NCBI RefSeq assembly: GCF_006345805.1
Contig: NC_043008.1
Coordinates: 62,992,001 to 63,056,000, forward strand
DNA from: Octopus sinensis
Taxonomy: Eukaryota
Direction of reading: 5' to 3'
DNA: 64,000 bases
Position 1 is the stretch's first letter; every line of letters starts with the position of its first letter. Made by a program: the position numbers and the translations under genes. Shown in pieces: positions 54,882-64,000 of this stretch. Under the pieces are notes generated by a model. That model worked only from the letters and a program-made list of their open reading frames with translations, made no database searches and was not told the DNA's origin.

Positions 54882-55421
54882 TGTAGCAGCTCTGCGTCTG
54901 ATATTGGCTTGCATGCGAATATACATTTCTCCATTTCAAAGTTGGCTCAATTGACTTTGTGTGGTTGCACCTTTTGTGTCATTCTCTGTGATTGGTCAGA
55001 ATGGACCGTTTCCTTCTGCTTCCAGTTTGGCATTTGTATAAAGTGTGACAGTCACCATTTCTCACTAGAGAGGTTTTCTTCCTTCACTTTAGAACTCTCT
55101 TGGCACATAGTTCTTTCACTCATGTCAACAAGTTGTCTCGATCAGCCAGCGGACCAAACAAACAATGTGGTCTTCTTGGAGGCATTCTTGTGCACACTAC
55201 TAGCGCTGCAGTTGCCTCCCTGTTGTTTCATTCTGGACCAACCAACCAACCAACCAACCAGCCAACCATCCATACTGGAAGAAGGTTTTAGCCAAGCATC
55301 ACACACTCAACTATCAGACACACTTACAGACCACTAAAAGTGTTGAGCATTTGGCCAAATATTGGTGGCCCTGACGTGATTTGAACATGCAAACTTCTGA
55401 TCTGGAATCAGAGCTGCTACA
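54882..55421 (+). mobile_element. Solo-LTR-like insertion ending in antisense tRNA-Trp sequence
   Basis: 13-bp perfect terminal inverted repeat TGTAGCAGCTCTG/CAGAGCTGCTACA, TSD TGCG/TGTG, ATTGG boxes and TATAAA inside. Confidence 0.8.
55363..55420 (-). pseudogene. tRNA-Trp(CCA) 3' three-quarters including the CCA tail
   Basis: Minus strand TCTGATTCCAGATCAGAAGTTTGCATGTTCAAATCACGTCAGGGCCA-CCA; about 5 differences in 50 nt from the metazoan tRNA-Trp sequence as recalled. Confidence 0.85.
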
Positions 55422-55914
55422 TGTGCATTTCTGAAGCACTCATAAGATCAGATAAAATCTAAGTCAGCCAAAAGAGAACGCCCATCACTAAGCACAGGGG
55501 AAAGCCAATTACTGGCCTAAAATCCAGAGAACCAACAGCTCCAATACCAAACAGGTCAGACTGTATGGATGCTGTTGATCATTGGCCCCCATGCATGGAA
55601 AGCAGCAGGAAAGGCAGCAGTAAGAGTCTAGGTTGTGAGTCCAAGTGTTATCTGTGATAAATGAAATAGTAGCCTTTGTTTTACTGCAAAATTAACTCTT
55701 TCAAACACATTCACACTGAATGAAAACAGCTTTTGTTTCTCCATATATTAAGCAGACACTTTTTATTACTATTCTTGTATTTTTACATAGGCTTGATGTG
55801 ATAATAAATTATATTTCGAGTTTCTATTTACATGTTTTGCTATACTTTCTTTACATAATGTTGTTTTAAATTAACGAAGCTCAAAATGTCCAAATATTCA
55901 CATTTATTTTTTTG

Positions 55915-56346
55915 CTCTTTTACTTGTTTCAGTCATTTTGACTGTGGCCATGCTGAAGTGCCAACCTTTAATCAAAGGAAGCAACCCCTAGAGTTATTCT
56001 TTGTTAGCCTGGTACTTATTCTATCGGTCTCTTTTGCCGAACCACTAAATTACAGGGACGTAAACACATGAAGATCGGTTGTCAAGCAATGATGGGGGAC
56101 AACCACAGACAGAAACACACAAATACACACACACACACACGCGCACACACACATGCACACACACACATATGCACATATATATATACGACAGGCTTCTTTC
56201 AGGTTCCATCTGCCAAATTCACTTACAAGGCTTTGGTCAGCCTGAGGCTATATTAGAAGACACTGGCCCAATGTGCCACACAGTGGAACTGAACCCAGAA
56301 CCATGTGGATAGGAAGCAAGCTTCTTACCACAAAGCCAAATCTGCG
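55915..56346 (-). mobile_element. SINE family A
   Basis: Diverged homolog. Confidence 0.85.
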
Positions 56347-57229
56347 CAAAAATTTGCATTGATTCATTTTTCTGCTATGGATTATGATTGCTTTTCAGTA
56401 AAAATAATTTGTTTGTGTCTGTCCTTAATAATTCATAGGGTTAAACTGAGTATTAATTATCATGTCTGTCCTTGCATTGTATGAAATAATTAAAATAGAG
56501 AAGCAATTCCACGAATGGCAAGCTATAAAAAGAATTAAATTATATCACTTGATATATATGGTTCATAGATATGTTTATTTAAGTGTATGTTTTGTGTTAA
56601 CTGAAAGCCAATTTATATTCAATTACCTTAAATGCCATGGTATATATATAACCTGTTTCTGTATATAGAATTATATTAGATATTTATGATATATAAATAG
56701 GCTTGATGGCTTGACATTGTAATCTCAAATAATGGCATTTTTACTACAAAGCTAAATATTAGGCTTAAAGAATATTTGTATTATAGATATGAAAGCCTCG
56801 ACAAAAAGAAACTTATTGCCAATGACAAGAAAGTATTAATTTCTTTGGAAAACACTTGAATGAAAAATCTGTGTTGTTAAGTTAGATGGAAATGGTCAAA
56901 TCCAAGCAAAGTAGATTTGGTCTTCATAACAGTTATCAGCTATCTTCCTTTATGAGACTTTTCCCTGAAGCCTATGATACTGTCATAGACTTCACCTGGC
57001 ACCCTAGACTTCAGCCTACCAAGCCTGAAATAGTAAATCCAGTGCTGATGATGTACATTGGTACCTAGTTAGAATAGAATATTTGCCAAATAAATTATAT
57101 TTGCATTAAGACAGAATAGATCTGATGCTTCTTACAGAATCTTTCATCAAAGAAATGCCCTCTGATTAAGTGCCATTCCCAAAACGTAAAATTTTCCCCC
57201 TTTTTCATTTTAAACTAACTTATATCATG

Positions 57230-57905
57230 TTGTGTCTGGGGAGAGTCATTTTCTTTTTGTGCCTTATAATGTAACACACTCACAGGTAAAAATTTTCATT
57301 TTTTTCCTTATTTTTATTTTCCTAAAATTTTTGTTGCGTCTTGCAACCTTTTCAATAGTCTTGACTCTGTCCGTTATTTACACTGCGTTCCCTTTTGTTT
57401 GTTTGTGCGCATGTGTGTGGATCAGTGTGTGTGTGTGTGCCTATACATGCATGTATGTACATATGTATGTATGTGTGTGCATCTGTATATACGGATTCTG
57501 CATATTTATGTGCTTGCATGTCCGTGTTTGTGTATTTTCTATGTATGTGTGTGCTGAGCATGTGTTTGTATATGTATGCACCTCTGTCTCCTTGTGTGTG
57601 CATGTCTGTGTGTGTGTGTTATGCAACTATGTACCATGTTTGTATGTATGGATGTGCGTCTTTATATGTGTGGATCCGTGTCTCCATATGTGTCTGTTCT
57701 TATAGCCTATATACCTATTCGTCTCTATGTTGATCTGTTTATTTTCATATCTATATGCTTACATACAGAAAAAAAAATTACCGGTGAGTGTGTTACATTA
57801 TAAGGCACAAAAAGAAAATTACTCTCCCCAGACACAACAGAATATGCTTCAACACACCAACTCATATAAAGAATCTTGCAAACCAAATCCAAAAACGAAA
57901 TAACT
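57230..57905. repeat. Inverted pair of the 9994-10257 repeat family around a decayed (TG)n spacer
   Basis: 57230-57368 (+) and 57778-57905 (-). Confidence 0.8.
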
Positions 57906-58344
57906 TATATCAATTTACGAACTTGCTGTTGAGCTCATCTTTTGTGAAGAGCTCTTATGGAAAAAAATTACACAGGAAATAGAATATTCACTGAAAAAAA
58001 TAAGGAGTTAATAGATTATTTATTCTCTCTTTGCCTTGTAAGTCAATCTCCCCATTATTGCTTTATGTGTTTTCATATAAATTAGACTTACTTTGATTTT
58101 CATTCCTTTAAAAAATTTCTAAAAAAATATTTGAGAAATACATATATTCTATTAAAACTTGGTTGACAGAAAGTAATTTTTCTTCCAAACTTGACAGATA
58201 ATAAAATAGTTTGAAGTTTCATACTGAAGTAATTAATGAAAGTTTCTAAGTTTATCAACACAAGTAGACTTGTCACATTTAATGAATATTTTCTTTTCAA
58301 TATTATCTATGTAATATTAATTAGCATTCCATGGCACTTATTAC

Positions 58345-58423
58345 TTTATAAAACTCGGATATCTTTGGATTTCTTGTTTTAGTCGTGCATTCATTGTTCT
58401 TTTGTCTGGAAGTTCAATGAATT
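58345..58423 (-). CDS. Candidate exon (phase 1-2)
   Basis: ttttag|...|gtaata; EFIELPDKRTMNARLKQEIQRYPSFIK; weak acceptor. Confidence 0.25.
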
Positions 58424-58539
58424 CTAAAATTACTGCTTTTATTTTATTTCATCATTAAATGTCTTAATCTGCTTTCTCTTTTAAAGAACACTTTAGATAT
58501 CTGTTTCCCTTAGGGGAAAAAATTTAATCCTCTTAATAC

Positions 58540-58585
58540 CTATCGTGTTTTCTCCTCGAGTACGAAATCTAATTATGTAATCATT
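58540..58585 (-). CDS. Candidate exon (phase 0-1)
   Basis: atttcctag|NDYIIRFRTRGENTI+G|gtatta. Confidence 0.22.
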
Positions 58586-60244
58586 CTAGGAAATTTAACT
58601 AGTAATGGTTGAATTTTTTATTATGATTTCACAAATATTTCAGTTCTGAAATGTCAAATACCCCTTTATTACTGCTTGATCAACCATGTTTTGAATATGG
58701 AAATTAACTTCAATAACATTAAAAAAGAAAGGTTCTAATCAGACTGCCAACTTAGCATTATCAAGCAAATTAATTTTGAAAATATCTCGAAGGATAATTC
58801 AAAATTCAAACCTTATTCTAATATCTTCTTCCTCGATTTTTAGACATAAAGAAGAATTGTGAATATGTGTGTGAGTGTGTGTGTGTGGGAGGTGTTGTAG
58901 CAGCGGTGGCGCTGGTGGCGGTGGCAGCAGCATCAGTGGCAGTGGTGGTGGTGGTGTGTGTGTGTGTGGAAAAGGATCTTGGGCAGAATTTCCTATGATG
59001 ATTGCTCAATTGTTCAATTAACAAGACTACAAGTCTCACTGAATTAGCATTTAAAAGGATGAATACAAACATGTGCATTAAATTCTAGCATGACTCAAAT
59101 GGTTACAACAGGACCATTTCAAGTCACAGGAGAACTTGGAAGTTGCCCAGAAGCCTCATAGATCCTGAGGACCAGTTCAAACTTATATATGTTGTAGCTT
59201 GCTGTCAATAAATACTATAGGGCCCAGTGCATTGATTTGCCCAGGGACCCCACTATGCTGCTAAGGTGATTCGGAGTTAGACAATATCCAATTGTTTGGA
59301 TGAACATTTATTGATCCAGGGTCTCTGTATAGGTATCCTTCTATTGCAGGGGCGTTGTTCCTATTACCAACCACCTCACAGAATGTATTGGGCGTCTTTT
59401 GTTCAGGATACTGGCACCAGTCAAGTTACCTTGTAATTCGCAGTACTAAAGAGCCAACCTGCCTGAGAGAGAAAAATAAATGAAGGTGGTGCTCCAGCAT
59501 GGCCACAGTCAAATGACTGAAACAAGTAAAAGAGTAACGTTATGTAAGGTGTTGAGGGGTTAATGTATGATGTAAAGTAAGTAAAGTTACCTTCTTGAGT
59601 CATGGCAAAACATAGGGATCAGTTTCCCAGTTTCCATAGCATATAAATTCCCTACCTGGATGGGATGCCAGTGGACTGGAGCAATGTGAAATGAAGTGTT
59701 TTGCAGTAAGCAGAAGTTTGCCATTACCTTCTACCGGAGCCACATGGAGCTTAGGTGTTTCGCTCATAAATACATGCATCGCCCGGTCTGAGATTTGAAC
59801 TCGCAATCCCTCGACCATGAGTCTGTTGCTCTAACCACTAGGCCATGTGCCTCCACAAGTGAAATCACAGTCATTGCCAATGCCAGTGCTGTCTGACTGG
59901 CACCCATGCCAGTGGCATGTAAAAAGCACCATTAGAATACTGGGCCTCACAGAAGCAGTGACAAGTGACTGAGACCTTTGGTGATATACGATGCTTGTGT
60001 CGACCTGTCAAGCCAAGTGAGATCATAATTATGACAGATGCCAGTGTCACATCAATGGCACCCATGCTGGTGGCACGTAAAAAGCACCCACTACATTCTT
60101 GGAGTGGTTGGCACTAGAAAGGGCATCCAGCCATAGGAACCTTGCTGAATCAGAGTGGAACCTGGTGCAGTTCCCTGGCTTACCAGTTTTCAATCAAACT
60201 GTCCTGCCTATGCCGATATGGAAAGCAGACATTAAAGAATGATA

Positions 60245-60275
<31 letters not shown>

Positions 60276-60639
60276 CTTTTCTGTTATTTCTAGCAGCTCG
60301 TACAATGTAGAATCTTGTTTTTCATTGGTTAGCTGCAGTAAAAATAGTGTCAACCATAAAAAATAATTGTCTTTAAAGCATACAAATGTCTGAATGTTCA
60401 AAAATCACATATGTTAAACAGAGATAATAAATGTCTTAGGATAGAGTACAGTGAATTTATGAATATTAAATATCCAGCCTGACTCTTTACATACAGAGAA
60501 TATATTTGATACTGTAAAATATTGAAAAATAGAAGAAATCGGTTAACTGAGATCACTTCTGTAATCTTTTGGTTCTTTCAGTCATTGGACTGTGGCCATG
60601 CTGCAGCAACCCTTTAAAGGATTTAGTTGAACACATTGA

Positions 60640-60871
60640 AAGGTGGCGAGCTGGCAGAAACGTTAGCACGCCAGGCGAAATGCTTTGCGGTATTTCGTCT
60701 GTCGTTACGTTCTGAGTTCAAATTCCGCTGAGGTCGACTTTGCCTTTCATCCTTTCGGGGTCGATAAATAAAGTACCAGTTTCGCACTGGAGTCGATGTA
60801 ATCGGCTTAATCCGTTTCTCTGTCCTTTTTTGTCCTCTCTATGTTTAGCCCCTTGAGGGTAGTAAAGAAAT
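60640..60871 (+). mobile_element. SINE family B nested in an older SINE A
   Basis: TSD ACATTGA; SINE A sequence on both sides. Confidence 0.9.
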
Positions 60872-61135
60872 ACATTGATTGCAGTGTTTATTTTTTTCTT
60901 TAAATCTTGTACTTATTCTAATGGTGTTTTTGCTGAACTGCTGATGTTATGAAGGCATAAACAAACAAACACCAGTTGCCAAGAGGTGGAGCGACAAACA
61001 CAAAGCATGTGCAAGTACACACACATCTACACACACACAAACATGCACATACATATGTGTGTGTGTATGTATATCTCTATATCTATATCTCTATATCTAT
61101 CTCTCTATATATATACATATTATTGTTGTTATCTT

Positions 61136-61239
61136 TAACCTGAAGAGTGGCTATATTTATGTAGAATTGATTTTATTAATACTACTATTATTTTTACTAT
61201 TATCATGTCTTAAATATAGCCACAAAACATGTGTTGTTA
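61136..61239 (+). ncRNA. Decayed hammerhead ribozyme in a pLTR-like fragment (~61120-61500)
   Basis: TAAC-CTGAAGA-GTGGCTATATTTA...TAAATATAGCCAC-aAAAC-ATGT-GTt-GTTA; perfect 13-bp stem II, core G12 mutated to A. Confidence 0.7.
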
Positions 61240-61646
61240 TTCTACCAAATATATACCTTTTATTTATTATTTTGCACATTACTTAATCATCGTTATATGT
61301 TTTATCTTATATTTAATCTTTCTATAATATGTAATTTTTCTAAATGGTGTAATTTAATTTTTCATTATTGAGTTGATAGAAGGTTGTTTTTTTCTAATTT
61401 ATATATATATATTATATTTTGTGAAATTTGATTTAGTATTTTTAAATTGAATTTTTCCCTGTAAGTTTGGAATATTATTCCCTCATATCATTATTATTAT
61501 TATTTTATATATATATATATATATATGACAGACTTCTACAAAGTTTGTGACTCCCAGATTCATCCACAAGCCAACTGACAGCTGGGGTTGTGGTAGAAGA
61601 CACTTGCCCTAGGTATTACAAAGGTTGGCACTCTTGACAGTGGAAC

Positions 61647-61854
61647 GTTAAAAGCACATCCAAGCTTGACCATTGCCAGGGCCACAGATTGGCTCCTGTG
61701 CCGGTGACACATGAAAAGCACCATTCAGCATGATCGTAGCCAGTGTCACCTTATGCTGGCTACGATCATGCTTGAATGGTGCTTTTCATGTGTCACTGGC
61801 ACAGGAGCCAATCTGTGGCCCTGGCAACGGGTCAAGCTTGGATGTGCTTTTAAC
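61647..61854. repeat. Near-perfect ~97-bp-arm hairpin made from RTE 3'UTR units
   Basis: 61647-61743 versus 61756-61854. Confidence 0.92.
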
Positions 61855-63289
61855 ATGGAAATGGTTTAAGAAAGAAAGGTAACTGAGAAAGCTAGAATAT
61901 GATTAGGACATCTTGTTATTAGTGAACATAAATATCATCATCATCATCGTTGTCTTTTAGCATTCACTTTCCATGCTGGTATGGGTTGGACAGTTTGATA
62001 GGAACTGGCAAGCCAGAAGACTGCACCAGGCTTCACTGTCTGATTTGGCATGGATTTTACAGCTGTCTGCCCTTCCTAACAGCAACCACTCAGCAGAGTG
62101 TACTAAACGCTTTTTACATTGCTCCAATTACTAATAAACCTCTGCACTAATTTGTCTGTCTTTGATTACATTAAATTTCCATTATTTTTTTGTCTTTAAA
62201 AATACGGTTGGCTCTGTTCTAAAAGGCTACATGCAGAAAGGAAGTGCATTTGTAAGAAATCTCTCAGTAAAATCTTTCACCAAAAGTGTGTCACATCACA
62301 AAATGTTGGTAATATTTGTTTTGAATAATTAAAATCTTTAAGACATTTAATATCAATTAAGTAAAGCAGATGGATTCTTAATGTTGATGTTTCTATTTTT
62401 GGCAGAAATGACATTATAATGGCACATGCACAAAAATATCCCTAATGCTGCAATGATGAGCTTCTCTCAACAGCTTTCTACTTCATTAGAATTTTATAAG
62501 CTGTATCACTATCTGAGTAAATTATTATTCTGGTTAGTTTTATTAAAAACTATAAAACAATATAACAACTTGGTTTCATTATCTTTAATTTATGGAAGGA
62601 AGTTAGTGACAGAAATTTTAGCAGAAGGATATTTCAATGCTCCATACAGTTCCTCATTTCTAGTAGTTACTTTATATTATGTCACATAGTAATTTGAATG
62701 TGTAACTATGTTGCTGCGTATCTGTGAATACAGAAAGGAATTTGATAGAAGAAAAATACATGAAAAAAGAGAAAGAATTTTAGTAATGCGAAAGTGCAGG
62801 GATGATTAACCGAAATGGAATTAAGAGGTTTAACGTCATCATATCTTGACGGTTTAAGACATTTGTGCGTTTGTTTTATTATGGCTTTTCTTTTTCTAAT
62901 ATGATTATTGTTGTAAGGTTGTCAGGGAAATAGTTTAATCTACAATCAAATTTAGATAAAACATTTAAATTTTATGGATGAAATGATATTAACTTCAAAA
63001 GAAAACCATTAGCAACTGATTATATCAGAATACGAATTTCAATACAACATTTGTTTTTAATCTGAAAATTTCAAAAAAAAAAAAATAAATAAATAAATAA
63101 ATGCTAATTTTATTGTATTTATTATCTTAATCTTATTTTGACTCTGTTGTATTTACAAACCAGATATTTTTATATTCAAATTATAGTTTTCAATAAATTT
63201 GGATAATTAGCAAAATCTGTTCAGCAGTTAAATGTTTGCCATTGTAACAGGAGGTTTATTGTCTGTTACACGATGTAGATTAACAGAGA

Positions 63290-63291
63290 TT

Positions 63292-63322
<31 letters not shown>

Positions 63323-63575
63323 CCATCATCGTCCTTATCATCATTATCATCATCGTCATCAACACTGTTATCAATATTTTTATCATGATGATGATGATCA
63401 TCATCATCATCATCATTATCGTCGTTATCATAATCATCGTTATCATCATCATCATTATCATCATCATCACCATCATCATGAACACTGTTATCAATATTTT
63501 TATTATCATCAACATCATTATCATTGTTGTTGCTGTTATTATTATTGTTTTTGTTGTTGTTGTTGTGGTTATTGC
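63290..63575. repeat. (ATC)n/(TTG)n microsatellite
   Basis: Direct reading; (CTA)n at 63944-64000. Confidence 0.93.
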
Positions 63576-63589
63576 TATTATTTCCTTTA

Positions 63590-63935
63590 CACACAACATA
63601 TTAGATTATGCAAAAATATTCCTAACATCAGGCTGCAACAAGTAACCTTAGATGCCAGGAACCTTCCTTTGTATCCTAGCTGTCCCTAATAACACTGCTT
63701 TCTGGAGCTGTATTAAACTTGGTTTTATGCCAATTTCCTCTATCCATCTGTGCAAATCTTTAGGGACAGTTTCCAATGCACCTATAGCTACAGGGATATA
63801 TTCCACCTGCACTTCCCATCGCCTCTACAACTCAATGGCTGGGTTCTGATACCTTGCCGTTTCCTCTATGCCTCTCATATTGGTTTTCTCATCATTTGGG
63901 ACTGCAAAGGGAATTACCTGGCACTTTCAAATTTT
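63590..63935 (-). mobile_element. R4/Dong-like LINE 3' end (third family)
   Basis: CQVIPFAVPND...EETARYQNPAIEL*RRWEVQVEYIPVAIGALETVPKDL...LQKAVLLGTARIQRKVPGI*. Confidence 0.8.
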
Positions 63936-63944
63936 TTGTCTACA

Positions 63945-64000
<56 letters not shown>

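Larger units (their letters stand above)
54655..55725 (+). pseudogene. piggyBac transposase C-terminal remnant, interrupted at 54882-55421
   Basis: HNKFMCVIDLLD..LYKIHVHSKKFYHHLIFHFLN (cf. YNKFMGGVDLLD...KKWY), FEVR|ISEALI, KRERPS, DAVDHWP and a degenerate Cys-rich tail LCFT...H. Confidence 0.8.

Noticed and set aside
55363-55420. Functional tRNA-Trp gene
   Set aside because: The 5' acceptor strand and part of the D-arm are missing, CCA is encoded and it lies inside an insertion.
56996-57024. Minus-strand 29-nt segment with a good acceptor
   Set aside because: Phase-incompatible with the 53633 exon and it has a weak donor.

Overview
AT-rich, repeat-saturated eukaryotic DNA; the SINE families and microsatellite load look like octopus (coleoid cephalopod) genomic DNA, which is recognition from memory and not a database result. 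Most ORFs in the track are microsatellite translations. Supportable content: (1) dozens of tRNA-headed SINE copies from about four families; (2) two 5'-truncated, oppositely oriented RTE LINEs with a PHD-like finger inside the RT region and a minisatellite 3'UTR; (3) R4/Dong-like and L1/Tx1-like LINE tails; (4) Penelope-like element (PLE) remnants (GIY-YIG, RT-thumb) and pLTR-like repeats carrying seven minimal type I hammerhead ribozyme motifs of four sequence families, two families arranged as long inverted repeats; (5) decayed mariner, Tc1/maT and piggyBac transposases, several MITEs and a non-autonomous Helitron; (6) a 540-bp TG..CA LTR-like insertion with a 4-bp TSD whose right end is an antisense copy of mature tRNA-Trp, including CCA. 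No host gene is recognisable; a phase-consistent chain of five candidate minus-strand exons is offered as a hypothesis only.
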